Positions 11,109 through 24,490 of a DNA stretch of 64,000 nt are shown piece after piece. The stretch covers positions 70,556,001 to 70,620,000 of the forward strand of contig NC_135881.1 in the NCBI RefSeq assembly GCF_964194155.1. Direction: 5' to 3'. The stretch is from Cetorhinus maximus (Eukaryota). The translations under genes and the position numbers were made by a program. Position 1 is the stretch's first letter, and every line of letters begins with the position of its first letter. The notes under the pieces are model-generated. The model ran no database searches and had not been told where the DNA came from. It worked only from the letters and a program-made list of their open reading frames with translations.

Positions 11109-13059
11109 AATGCAGACTCCTATCTACTTTTGCAATATATTTTATTTGGAGGCAAATGAGAAGCAACAACATCCCTTTACAACTGAAGTAATTTATTGGG
11201 AGTCTTTAAATCCATCAACAACTGTTGCTCTCTCAACCCGAGTAGGAACATCACTGCCCCCCATTCCACCAACCCCAACCCCAACCCCTGACTGTACTCA
11301 TCCTCCACAACTCATGGAATAAAAAGAGAAGCCACACAGTCAAATAACCCCCACGCCATCATTCTTCAAGCCCATGTATGTTTCCCCTATTCCTTCACCT
11401 TCTGCTTAGCACCAAGATGCTGCCCTCTTATTATAGCTCCCTCCGTGGCAGACTGCAAGGGCACCTATACCCCTGCTCAGGGTACTGCTGCTGTCCCAGC
11501 CGTGGCACAAAAGATATTCACAGCAGATACACTCCTTAGTATAATCGGAGGCACCAGAGACATTCAAATTTTTGCTTCCAGCTGACATAAATGATTAGAT
11601 CATGCTCAATTATTCATACCAGCTGACAAAATAAAGACCAAGCTTCAATAAACAAAACCAACTGGCTACATTTATGCATTTCTTGCACAACACGTTTATG
11701 GTACCTGTCCTTTAATGGTGCCACTGGCTTTATGGTCCAAATTGCTGCCAAATATCCTCTTCTCATGGCCCAAATGTATGCCCCACATGTGCCTCAGAGC
11801 CATCCTCAACATGCAAATGGTTAAGTGCTAATTCCTTCCCCTGTTGCTCAAATTCAGAATCTGTTTAGGAAAATTGTTCCTCTCTTGTTTTTTCCCTGTC
11901 TGTTTTACCTTGCTGTTCTGCTTCATTGTTTTGTCTCTTTTCTATTTCCCTCTGCCTGTATAACAGAGGAAAGCATTGAAAGAGGAGGAGGAGAAGAGGC
12001 ACTTCTGGTACAGTGAGGAGGGAACATTTCACTTATACTTCACAAGGGTAAATCTGACCTTTGTGAAATTGGAGCATAATCATCAGGCTATTAGAGATAA
12101 CATAATATCAAATTATTCAAATTCGACCCAATTTGATCTGTAAATTATCTTTATTAGAGAATAAACTCACTAAAAAACGAGCTCTATTATTACATAATGT
12201 AGAGTTTAAACGTTATTTGAGTTAATATATGAATGAACTACAAGTTGGATCCCATCTGCATACACTTAAAATTTCTTATAAGATACACCTCTGCAACTTC
12301 AAACATTCACAAAACTGGGAATGTATCGATAAGGTTAGTATTTATCCAACATCAGGAATTCTATACGTTAAGAGCATGTATTCAGTTTTATATTCTCTAT
12401 ATTAATAAACCTTGTTTAAATGCAAATTTACAAGAATAATACCATAGATTCCATCCATTTATATGTTTAAATTTCATTTTTAAAAATTTTTTACTTGTTT
12501 TTTTCTTACTTCTTTCATATTCAATATTCATGATATTGTGTTTTATTCTTCATTTCTCCTTTTCCACATTTTAGAAGTTTTTTTTTAAGGTGAACATGGT
12601 GAAAGAGAACCAGATCTTAGATTTTTGTTTTTAAAAGTAATTTCACCTTGTGAGACAATGATTTATGCCTTGGTGGTCAGCTCTGTTTTCAGGAGAGTCC
12701 TCTTCAGGGCACAAGCCTGGGCAAAATGTATGGAGACCCCAGGCTGCCCAAATGTCAGGGTCACCCTCTCGACCACCCTGGTTGGATTCAAAGAAACACA
12801 GAGCACTTGGTTTGGCACCAGTTTGGTTGCAGGTCGAAGGATGACAGAGTTAGGCATCAGGCCACCTTTGGGCTCCACTCCAGATTTTTGATCAAGGTTT
12901 ACTCCCTTAACCTTTATCTTGCCTGATGTATCCATAAGGCAGTGAGGCTATTTGCTCGAGGCTGGGTATTTGGTTCATGAGCGCCAGGGTGTGTCCACGC
13001 GTCAGTAAACCTGTACACTGCGGGCTGAATCCAATGTAAAACTCGGGGCAAGCCCACTC

Positions 13060-13752
13060 CCAGCTTGACCGTCTTGCCCGACAGGCATTTAGTGACCATT
13101 GGGGAGGAAGTCCCACCTCCAAGAGCAGTCGCCCAATCAAATATCCAGCAGCTCTCTGGTCCCAGTAGTGCCAGTGGTAGCAGTGGCCACTGCTGTGAAT
13201 ATAGCAAGTCCCAGAGAAAGCCAGCAGCATTGGAGCTAAACTTCAAAGCAAGTCTGGAGTCTCACACGACCCAGGCTGGCCTGTTCTAGTGAAGAAGACG
13301 AAGGATCGGTGGGGGAGGGGAGCAGGGTGGAAAGGATAGGGAGGGGAAACCCAGGCTTGGGGGGGCAATACTTTGGGGGGAGGTTCTGCAATTGCCAAAA
13401 GGGACCCAAAAGGGCCCAGCCACCAATCCAACACATTTCACTGGCAGGCTGGACACAAGGTGCTGGCCTCCAACCACCCCCGACCACTGCCAATAAATCC
13501 CCAGCAGCAGCAGTAAGAAGGCCCTTAACTGGTCATTGAGGGCCTTAATTGGCCCACGGGCGAGCGTGCCTCCTGATGCCTCCTCCACCACTGGTAAAAT
13601 TGCAGCAGGGTGGGGGAAGGCAGGTGGGTGCCGGGGGAGCCTAATTTTACAGACCCCCACCCCCCAACCCCCCAACCACCACCGCCACCCCACCCCCCCC
13701 ACTCACCCACGCGGGCTGCCAATCCACCCACGGGATTCTGTAAAATACAGCC
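13060..13752. mobile_element. Harbinger-type non-autonomous element
   Basis: GC-rich with ggccttaattggcc palindromes; right TIR taaaatacagcc. Confidence 0.55.
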
Positions 13753-14479
13753 GTGTGTGTCTAGGGGCCAAACATCCTCTGGGTTCCTCTGAAGCTTCAG
13801 CCTGCGGCCTTGAGGGACCCAGTTCCATGGGGCTGGATTTTATGTTTTTTGGCAGGGTGTGTGAGGTGGAATAGAAATTAAGTAGTCTGCTTGCTCCTGG
13901 CTCTGCCATCTCAGATCATATCATCAAGCATCAGGCAGCCATTTAGAGGTGGAAAGGGGGTCCACAGGCAATTCGGGATCTAGGCTGTGACTAGGGATCA
14001 CGTGGCAGAGGGGTTATGCCGAGAACAGGAAGTCAGTCATTGCTACAAATTTAAAGGACCCTGCTCTCAGAATTGGCCTTTTTTTTATTGATGGGTCAAA
14101 GAAGTCAAAAAGTGAACTCAAAAATCATATGGACGAGCTGCCTTCTTTACCAGTAGAATCTGCTGCTACAGTGGCAGGCCTTCCACGTGTGGTGCTGCCT
14201 TGTTATACCTGCCATAAAGTACCCCCAAACTTTTTCCCTGTCCAACACCCTGAAACATGCAGTGGCACAACAATTCCATACAATTGGTGTTCTAACAAGC
14301 TCAATAGCTTGTTAATTGCTTATTTCAAAATGGTGGGTGTTCTTACGATTTCGGCACCTGCTCGCCGTCCATGATATCTGAGGCTGGCGTAGGACATTGT
14401 ATTGCTGACACAATGTCATCACGCCATATTTTATAGTTGTGGGATGGGGGACTGTGGAGTCTTGATGAAGCAACGTTCA

Positions 14480-16150
14480 CCCAGGCAAGTGGAAAGCATA
14501 CCATCACACTTCTGACTTGTGCCTTGTAAATAGTAGACGGGCTCTGGGAGTCAGAAGATGAGTTACTCTCCACAGAATTCCCAGCATCTGACCTGCTCTT
14601 ATAGCCATAGTATTTATATGGTTAGTCCAGTTAAGCTTCTGGTCAATGGTAACCCCCAGGATGTCGGGATTCAGCGATGGTATTGCCGTTGAATGTCAAG
14701 GGGAGTTGGTAAAATTCTCTCCTGTTGGAGACTTGGCACTTGTATGGTGTGAATGTTGCTTGCCAGTTATCAACCCAAGCCTGAAGGTTGTCCAGTTCTT
14801 TCTGCACATGAACATGGATGGCTTCAGTATCTGAGGAGTCAAATGAACTGTGCATCATCAGCAAACATCCCCAGCTGAAGATGGATGGGACTAGGACACT
14901 AAACTGAGGAACTCCTGCGCTGATGTTTATACACTCATAGACTCATAGATGGTTACAGCACAGTACAGAAGGAGGCCATTCGGCCCATCATGTCCACACC
15001 AGTCAACCAAGATCTGACCACACTAATCCCATTTTCCAGCACCTGGCCCATAGCCCTTGAGGCTATGGCAACACAAGTGAATATCTAAATACTTCCTTAA
15101 TGTTACGAGAGTGTATGACTCAACCACCCTTTTATGCAGTGAGTTCCAGATTCCCGCCAGCCTCTGGGTGAAACAAATTCTCCTCAACTCCCCTATTAGC
15201 CTTCCACTTCTTATCTTAAATCTATGCCCCCTGGTTATTGACCTCTCTACTAATGGAAAAAGTGCCTTCCTATCCACCCTAACTATGCTGCTCATAATCT
15301 TATACACCTCTATCATGTCCCCTCTCAACCTTTGTTGTTCCAAGGAAAACAACCCCAACCTATCCAATCTTTCCTCAAAGCTCGGACCCTCCAGCCCAGG
15401 CAGCGTCCTGGTAAATCTCCTCTACATCCTCTCCAGTGCAATTACATCCTTCCTATAATGTGGTGACCAGAACTGCATGCAGTACTCCAGTTGTGGTCTA
15501 ACCAGCTTTTTATACAGTTCCAGTATAACCTCCCTGCTCTTGTATTCTATGCCTCGGCTAATAAAGGCAAGTATCCCATATGCCTTCTTAACCACCTTAT
15601 GCTCTGTTACCTTCAGGGATTTGTGGATATGCACACCAAGGTCCCTCTGACCTTCAGTGCTTTCCAGGGTCCTACCATTCATAGTGTAATCCCTTGCCTT
15701 GTTAGCCCTTCCCAAGTGCATTACCTCACACTTTTCCGGGGCTGGGGCTGAGATGATTGGCCTCCAACAACCACAACCATCTTCCTTTGTGCTAGGTATG
15801 ACTCCAACCAGTGGAAAAGTTTTTCCCCTGATTCCCGTTGACTCCAGTTTTGCTAGGGTTCCTTGATGCCACACTCGGTCAAATGATGCCTTGATGTTAA
15901 GGACAGTCATTCTCATATCACCTCTCGAGTTCCACTCTTTTGACCATTTTTGGACCAAGGCTACAATGAGGGAGCTGGAGCTGAGTACCCTGGTGGAACT
16001 CGAACTGAGCATCGATAAGTAGGGTACTTCTGTGCATGTGCCACTTGATAGCACTTGATTGCAATGATAACTTCCATTCCTTTGCTGATGGTTATGAGTA
16101 GACTGATGGGGCGGTAATTGGCCACATTGTGTTTGCCTATCTTTTTGTGG
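14480..16150 (-). mobile_element. CR1-group LINE ('TIYKAQVRS' family) RT, split by a nested CR1
   Basis: STIYKAQVRSVM, LDNLQAWVDNWQATF..KCQ, LNIKASFDRVWHQG, NYRPISLL. Confidence 0.8.
14928..15738 (-). mobile_element. 5'-truncated CR1 nested in the preceding LINE
   Basis: EKCEVMHLG...LVRPQLEYCMQFWSP...RLRGDMIEVYK; tail catagactcataga; host LINE resumes at ggggctgagatgattgg. Confidence 0.85.
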
Positions 16151-17137
16151 ACGCTGCCGCTGCGACAGGACATGGTGGGTGGTGATGGCTCTCCTTTTTG
16201 CAGTGCTGCCATCCAGTGGCGAAGGCTGAAAGTGAGAAACACACTAGCACACAAAAAAATGAGAAGAACACTCGTATCTCCATCCACTCACTAGATATAT
16301 CTCATTGATCTGTTGAACACACAACAAAAGTAGTTTAAGTCACAAGGTTTCCCCAATCACCAACTCTAGCTTTGGTCGTAGGCCATCTCATCTCCGGAGA
16401 ATTAAATAAATAGCTGTTTACACTATTTCCCCAGTAGTGTTGCTGGAGAAGCCGTGCAGTAGTACCAGACAATTTTCCCATTAGTGAGATCACAATAAAT
16501 TGCATTTTTTAAAATGCACAAGTTACTTGATTTGCAATTGAATTAGACTGACTGTAAGCAGGCCAATGCATTAAATTCGCAATTTCTATATTTCAGTGAA
16601 TAGTCAACAGGGAAAGTGTGTGCCTAAGCTATGGGTTTTCCTGTGCAATCAATAGTTATTTGAAATTTAAATGTTTTGGATTATGACCATTGCAAAGCAA
16701 ATGATTATATAGCTTGTGAACATGAGCAGAAAGTAACTGGATGAATTTTTAAAATACTATGTATGTACCTCATAAGCCAGGCATAAGTATAATATGACTG
16801 AATTAATTGAGGTTCCCACATTGTTTTTTGGTTCATATTCACTTTTCACCAATCTCACTTTAATTAGCTTCCACATAACATACAAATCATGCCATTAGTG
16901 TCTTGTTTCATTTTTATATTTTAAAAATATCAACCATTGGGGGTTAAATTGGATAGCCTTCAAAAATAGGAGCGGGGATTGCAGTCCACAATTAACCCAT
17001 ATCCATTGACTGCAGTGCAGGCAGCATGCCAACTTCATGCTGCCTGTTCATTTGAAGGCCTCTGTGTTGTGATATTGTATGCATGCCAATGCAGACAATG
17101 ACATGTATCTTTAAAAGGCTGCATAGTGACATCACTA

Positions 17138-17479
17138 TGTCGTCTCCATGTGTAAGGCTGGAGGATAAAAGGTACTGCCTCCATGTTAGATGTTCACCAT
17201 TGCCTGTGATCTCTACTGCAGATGTTCACTACTGTCTGTGACTCTGTATCAGTAAGACTTTATGTATACCTTATGAGCCAGGCATATAGTCAAGTAATCA
17301 GCCTATGTAACTTTTAGGACCCAGATTAGATCAAGGCCTGCACAGAGCTGTATATAGTTGTTGCTAGTAATAAACGTCATGTAATTGTGTTCAACCAGAA
17401 CCCTCACCAGTCTCAATATCTTACTTAGCATAGATAGCATAGAGACAAATCCCTTGAGGTCTACATCAAGACCCTCAAC
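17138..17479 (+). mobile_element. Possible solo LTR within a Harbinger remnant
   Basis: TG...CA ends, AATAAA near 17369, internal short duplication; no clean TSD. Confidence 0.3.
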
Positions 17480-18139
17480 ATATAGGTTGGCAGCAGACCA
17501 TAAGAGACCATGACACTTTGCATCCAGCTAGCACTAACCACAGGTGGTCATTATTGTGAGTGGTAACACCACTTAAAGCTACCCAGCACTGCTTAAAGCT
17601 AGCTTGCACTTCTAAAAGGGGAGGTGCATTGCAACTGGAGCAGGTGCTAGCAGTTGTGCAGGAAGTGAATGTGACCTGGAATAGAGTGAGGAAAGGCACT
17701 ACATAGGACAGAGAGGGCTCCAAGGTTTTCAGGTATGACACTGGAGGCCTTGGTGAATGAGGTGCAAGTAGGACAGATGTCATGTATCCACATGGAACAG
17801 GAACCCTCCAGCCATATGGTCATTACGATGTGGGAGCCATGAAGGTCAATGCCAGGAGCCCCGAGGGCCTGTAGTGCTGCAAGATGATCAATGACCTGCC
17901 ATCCATGGTCATGGTCAGTGAATGCATCTTCAAATGTTACATTCTACAAATGGCATCAATAGTCTTAGACACTGTTCAAATCACCACACCCCATTACTCA
18001 CCTACCAGCAACCTCTATCAATCATGGATCGTTGCTGGAATTCATATGCTTAGCAAACTTAGCACTGCTGCAGGCCTCACACCCACAGCTCACGCACTGT
18101 CAGTTATTCAACAGTCACATCACCCAAACGTGTTGCAAG

Positions 18140-20665
18140 AACACAAGGACATAAGAAATAGGAACAGGAGTTGACCACATGGTCCACTGAGCCTGCTCCG
18201 CCATTCAGTACAATCCTGGCTGATCTTTGGCTTCAACTCCATTTTCCCTCCTGCTCCTCATATCCCTGGAAAACCAAAAATCTGTCTATCCCAGCCTTAA
18301 ATGTATTCAATGATGGAGCATCCACAACCCTCTGGAGTAGAGAATTCCAAAGATTCACAACCCTTTGAGTGAAATAATTTCCCCTCATCTCAGTACTAAA
18401 TGATGGATCCTCATCCTGAGACTCTGCCCCATGTTTTAGACTCTCCAACCAGCAGAAACAATCTCTCAATGTCTACCCTATCAAACCCCCTCAAAGTTTT
18501 GTAGGTTTCAATGAGATCTCCTCTCATTCTTCTAAACCCCAGGGAATATAAACCCAATTTACTCAACCTCTCATCATAGGACAACCCCCTCATCCCAGGG
18601 ACCAATCTGGTGAACATTTGCTGTACGGCCACCAATACAAGTTTATCCTTTCTTAAATGTGGAGACCAAAACTACACACAATATCCCAGATATGGCCTTG
18701 CGAAAACCCTGTACAACTGTAGCAAGATTTTTTATTCTTGTACTCCAATCCTCTTGCAATAAAGGCCTACATGTCTTTTATCTTCCTAATTGCTTGCTGC
18801 ACCTGCATGCTAGCTTTCTGCATTCCTTGTACAGGTACACACAAATCTCTTTGAACATCAGCACTTACAAGTTCCACACCTTTAAAAAGTATTCTGCTTT
18901 ACTATTTTTATGACCAAAGTGAATAACTTTGCACTTCATTACATTATACTCTAGCTGCCATCTTGATGCCCAATTGCTTAACCTGTATATATCTCTTTTC
19001 AGCCTTTCTGTGTCCTCCCCACAGCTTACCTTCCCACGTGGATTGGTATCATCAGCAAACTTTGATACATCACTATCGATCTCCTCAGCTAAGGTGTTAG
19101 TATAGATTGCAAATAGCTGAGGCCCCAGCATTGGTCCTTGTGGCACTCCACTATTTATTGCCTGCCATCTTGAAAAAGCCCCGTTTATGCTCACCTTCTG
19201 CTTTCAATCTGTTAACCAATCCTCTACCCATGCTCAAATATTACCCCCAACTCCATGAGCCCTTAATTTGTCTATTAAGCTTTTGGTGGTACCTCATTTC
19301 CTTTTGGAAATCCAAGTGTCCTACATCTACTGGTTCCCCTTTATCTACAATACTAGTTACATCCTCAAAAAACTCTAATAAATTTGTCAACAGGATTTCC
19401 CTCAGTAAAACCATATTGATTTGTTCTAACCATACTATGCTTTTCTAAGTGCATTGTTAAGACTTCCATTATATTAGATTTCAGCATTTTTCCAATGATG
19501 GATGTTAGGCTAACTGGCCTGTAGTTCATTGTTTTCCCTCCCGGCTAGGTTACTGTCTATTTCTGGTGTGCAACTTGTGCCTTTTACTGCGAAGTCAGCT
19601 AAAATATTTGTCCAATGTCTCTGCCATTTCCTCATTCCCTCTGATAATTTCTCCTGTCCCTGCTTCTAAGGGGCCAAAGTTTAGTTCAGCTACTCTCTTC
19701 CTCTTTATATACTTATAAAAGCTCATACAATCAATTTTCATATTTCTGGCTAGTTTACTCTCATTCTATTTTTCCCTTTTTTATCAATTTTTTGGTGGCC
19801 CTTTGCTGGCTTCTAAAACATCCCCAATCCTGAGACTTGCTACTGTTTTTTTGCAATATTGTAAGCCTCTTCTTTTAATCTAATATTATACTTAACTTCC
19901 TGAGTGAGCCACGGACGGGTCTTTCTTGCTGAGTTTTTGTTCTTCAGTGGAGTGTATTTTTGTTGAAGATTTTGAATTGTTTCTTTAAATGTTTCCCACT
20001 GTTCATTTACCTCCACCCCTTTTAGTCAATTTACCCAATTAACTTCAGCCAGTTCTCCCCGCATATCTATGTAATTAGCTTTGTTTAAGTTTAAAATTCT
20101 TGTTTGTGATTAGAATGTGTCGCTTTCAAACCTAACATGGAATTGAATGGCATTATGGTGACTATTTCCCAGAGGATCTTTTACCATGATATTACTAATC
20201 CTGCTTCATTACACAATACTAGATCTAAGATAGCTTTATCCCCAGTCATTCCCATAACATACTGCTCCAAGAAACTGTTATGGAAACACACTACAAACTC
20301 ATCTTCTAGACCATTCTTGCCAATTTGATTGTCCCAGTCTATATGAATATTAAAGTCTCCCACAATTACACTCCCTTTTTTTAACAAGCTTCAATAATTT
20401 CTTGTTTATTGCACTGCCCAATGGTATAACTATTGTTAGGGGGCCTATAAACTACTCCCACCAGTGTTTTCTGACTCTTGCCATTCCTAATTTCCACCCA
20501 TGCTGATGATACTTCATAATCTTCTGAGACCAGATCCTTTCTCACTCATGACCTTATGTCATTTTTACTATCAGGACCATCCCTTCTCTTTTGCCATTTC
20601 ATCTGTCTTTCCTAAATATTCTGTACCCTGGAATATTTACTTTCCACCCTTGACGATCTCATAAC
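18140..20665 (-). mobile_element. CR1 LINE ORF2 (APE + RT) pseudogene with 3' tail
   Basis: VGDFNIHIDW, ILDLVLCNE (APE); SGVPQGPMLGPQLF, KFADDT, RMRGDLIETYK; many stops and frameshifts. Confidence 0.9.
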
Positions 20666-21117
20666 CATGGCCTGAGTTTCACTGTGCCCGTGCAGGTGCT
20701 TAGCACTCCCGATGTCACGTGAAATGGAGTATGATATTACACTGAGCGGATGTGCCTGGATGTCAGCAGCCTACCTAACATCAATCAGAGGGCCAATTGA
20801 GCCAATTAAATGGACAATGCACTGCTATTTTGAGAGGCCCATGCATTTTTACAGTCAGCACACGGGAGAAACAGGCAGGCAGGGATCACACATTTTACAC
20901 TTACTACAGCCAGGGTAGGGTATAAGGCTCAGGAGGAATGGAGCTGTGAGGAGGTAGGAGTATACATGTTGTTTGAAAGTTTGGGCAGTCCTGTTTCCAT
21001 CCTGAGCCATCCTGCTCATTTCTTATGTAAATTAGGAAGCTTAAATCCTTACACAAGCTTTTACAGACTGGCAACATCATCATAAAGGTAGAACCTCTGC
21101 TAAGCAGAAGCTGAAAA

Positions 21118-22324
21118 ATGGGCATTGTTTATTCAGCCGGAGGCACTTCCTCAGATGAGGGGGAGAGGGCAAGAAGGGAGAGGAGGCCAGCTGGCTGGAG
21201 ACAGCATCATAGAATCTGCCCGCAAGATCAAAGAGCACAACCTGAAGGGGTTAAGGCCAGCAAGGCTTGCAAGGGAGAAGGGGCAGGAGCAGGAGCCAAT
21301 GCCCTGCCAGAAGAGTCTACAGAGTTGGATCCAACTATCTTGAGATGACTGGGGCCCAGTGCTGAAGAAGGGTCCACCTCTCAAGGGAGACAGTAACCTC
21401 AATCTGTGAGATGATAGGGCCTGAGATCACGTCCAACTGTGTAGGTGGGGACCCAATGCCAGTGGTGCTGAAAGTGAATATCGCCCTCAATATTTATGCC
21501 TCAGGTTCCTTCCAGGGTCCTGTTGGGGATCTCTGCGATGTGTCAGAATCCGCAGCACACAGCTGCATAAAGCCTGTCATGGATGCACTCTTCAGAAGGG
21601 TCAACACCTTCATACATTTCAAAACAGATGATGATAACCAGGCGAGTGTGCGAGAGGACTTACAACTATTGCAGACTTCCCAAAGATTCAGGGAGCTATT
21701 GATTGCACCCATGAGTCCATCACTACACCTGCGGGAGAACCGGGGGCCTTTGTGAATCATTGAGGGCTTCCACTCGCTCAACACCCAACTACTGTGCGAT
21801 CACCAGCAGCAGATCCTCTATGTTTGTGCAAGGTATCCTAGGAGTTGCCATGATTCATGTATTCTCTGTCACTCCCAAGTCCCAAGGCTTCTCATTCCCC
21901 TGCATGCTTGGATGGCTAGTTGTTGGGGGCTGATGACATCAATTGGCCATCCAAGAACACTGTGGAGGAGAGGTACAACACAAGCCATGTCTCCACAAGG
22001 GCCAGAGTTGAGAGGTCAATAAGCCTCCTGAAAGTGAGGTTCCGTTGCCTGGACCGGTCTGGAGGCTCTCTTCAATATCCTCTGGAACATGTGTCATTGA
22101 CTGTGGTTGTGTTCTCTGCCCTGCACAATCTGGCTCTCTCTTGGGGAGATCAGATGGAGGGTGGAGACTGTCATGTACTTCCACAATCCATTGAGGAGGA
22201 TTCCAGCACAGACTCCAAGGAAAAACCTGCTCACCCACAGGGTTATGATGATGACCCAGCAATGAGGCAGCTTTTGGGGGCCAGGGAGACCAGGGACACT
22301 TTGATTCAAAGGAGCTTCCAGTAG
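21118..22324 (+). pseudogene. Harbinger/PIF (HARBI1-like) DDE transposase, disrupted
   Basis: MPVVLKVNIALNIYASGSFQ, YNTSHVSTRARVERSISLLKVRFRCLD, ALHNLAL, acidic tail; element begins ~20670. Confidence 0.88.
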
Positions 22325-22368
22325 GCCTCCAAAGTCAACATTCCACACCACTGGAAAGGTACAGCTAC

Positions 22369-22624
22369 TGTAGTAATTATAGTTTCATTTGGTGTGTAAT
22401 GTGCCTTTAAGAAAAATGCTTGTTAAGGAAGATCACATGATTTATAGTAACCAATAGGAGAGTAACGCGGGCTACCTCAGTAGTCAGTAGTATAGAGATA
22501 CAGTTGGAGTTGAAAGCTCCAACGCAGCTGCTGAGCACCTTGTAAATAAACTTAAAGTTCCCACCCAAGAAGCGTCTTTGGATCAATTCTATCAATAGTA
22601 CCAACTCGGCCACCACTCACAACA
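22369..22624 (+). repeat. 5' LTR
   Basis: tgtagtaatt...cacaaca, with AATAAA, followed by the PBS. Confidence 0.92.
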
Positions 22625-23919
22625 AACTGGCAATGAGGATAAAACAAGATTAAACAGAAGAAATCAAGTTAAAAAGAAATCAGCGCTGTACCTCACCCAG
22701 TGACTGTAAGTAGAAATCTCCTTTTGATCCAGCCACAGACAACTGGTCTCATTACATAGAACGCCTCACATTCTTTTTTCAAGCGAATGAGATGATGGGG
22801 GAAGAGAAGAGGCGAGTGATCCTCTTAAGTACATCTGGGATTAAAACCTACGGTTTGATTTGAAGTTTGATGGCACCCAGTGCCCCAGATTCAAAAAATT
22901 TCAATGAATTGGTGGACCTCATGAAGGGTCATTATCAACACAGCCCTCAGTAATGATGCAGAGGTTCAAGTTTAATATGATAAATAGAGCCCTGAGTGAG
23001 ACAGCTGCATCCTATGTGGAAAATTTGAAGCAGCTAACAGAACATTGTGAGTTTGGTAAGTCTCTAAATGACATGCTTAGAGATCGTTTAGTGTGTGGTG
23101 TGAAAGAGGACACTATTCAGAAGAGAAGTGTCGGAAGTGAATTTGGATTTCAAGAAGGCGTTAGAGATAGCACTGGCCATGGGAAGTGCAGCAAGAGGTT
23201 CAAAAGCAATACAGGGCACGCAAAAAGGAGCCATCCTCCACATCAGACAGGAAACCCCAGCTGAAAAGGGAGCGAAAAAGCTAGACTCTGCTGAGAAGTA
23301 GGAAACATCCCCGTTAGCCGAAGAATAAAGAAAAATAACTTAGCAGTGAAATCAAAGAATAATTTCAATAGTGGTGGAAACAAGCACTTTTTAACGATAG
23401 GCAGTTTAAAAAAAATCGATGCTATCATTGTCACAGAAATGGACATATAACGAGAGAGTGTAAGGAAAGATTCAAGCAGGCTTGTAAACAAAAGAAGAAG
23501 CCTAATGTAGAAGAGCCTGAAACAACAAATTCAAACATTTACTCGTTGTTTCATCTGAAAGTTGGAAAGACAGAACCAATATTTGTCACAGTGAAAGTAA
23601 ATGGCAAACTTGTTAGAATGGAAGTGGACACTGGAGTTTCCACTATAGTAATTGGGGAATGTACCTTCAGATAAGTGAATAATTGTGAACATCAATTAAG
23701 TTTAGAAGAAACAGCTGCCAAACTAAAAACATATACGGGTGAAGGCATCCAAGTAAAAGGCAAAAGCAGAGTAACTGTCCGTTATGGAAGCTGATCGGTA
23801 AAGCTATTAAAGCAGTGTATTGAGAGGCAGAGGACCAAGTCATCTAGGGAGAAATTGGCTAAAGGAAATTAACCTCGAGTGGCCACTGAGATTTGAAAAC
23901 GAAGCTGGAAGTGTTCCTG

Positions 23920-24490
23920 TTTTGAAAAAGGAAAAAGGACTCAACAACCTGAAGAAATGTAAACTGTCTTAAGCCAAAACCTGGAAGGAAAGCAAAAGGA
24001 ACTCAAAGAGACCCTGCTTGATGACAGAGTTCGAGATGAGGTGAGCAACCTTCGACGGGGAAAAGAAAACCTGTTGAAAGCCCTTCACACACTACAAGAT
24101 TCCCTCAGGTCAAAGTTTGTACCTCTGGAAAAGTGTGAAGAGAAACTGAAAGAATTCAGCACTTCTCTGAACAAACTGAAGAATGAGCTGGCAGAGAAGA
24201 CACAACAATGCTTAATTTTCCAGGAGGCAGCAAACAAATAGAAAAAGAGATGGAAGAGCTGAAGAATCAACGAAATGAAGCCAAAGAGGCTTTGGAAGTA
24301 AAAGTTGCAGAACTTTCTAAGAATCAGACAGATAATGACATTTTGGGACATTCAACCACTGAGCTCAGACAAGGTGAGCTGGCATCTGAGAGAAGTCCGG
24401 CCAATAGTGAAGTCAAAAAGAAGGCCGAGGTTAAAGTCTGCGCTAGAAAGAAGGCACGTAGAAAGAAGATACAGAAATACTAACAGGACT
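23920..24490 (+). pseudogene. Captured coiled-coil host-gene fragment, UACA/ANKRD24/RAI14-like
   Basis: EVSNLRRGKENLLKALHTLQDSLRSKFVPLEKCEEKLKEFSTSLNKLKNELAEKTQQ, lying between the protease and the RNase H tail; family resemblance is from memory. Confidence 0.55.

Noticed and set aside
21118-22324. Host HARBI1 gene (also considered for 53748-54985)
   Set aside because: Multiple stops and frameshifts, several diverged copies and transposon context indicate dead transposases.
23920-24490. Exon of a resident host gene
   Set aside because: Enclosed by LTRs, contains stops, and has no evident splice context.
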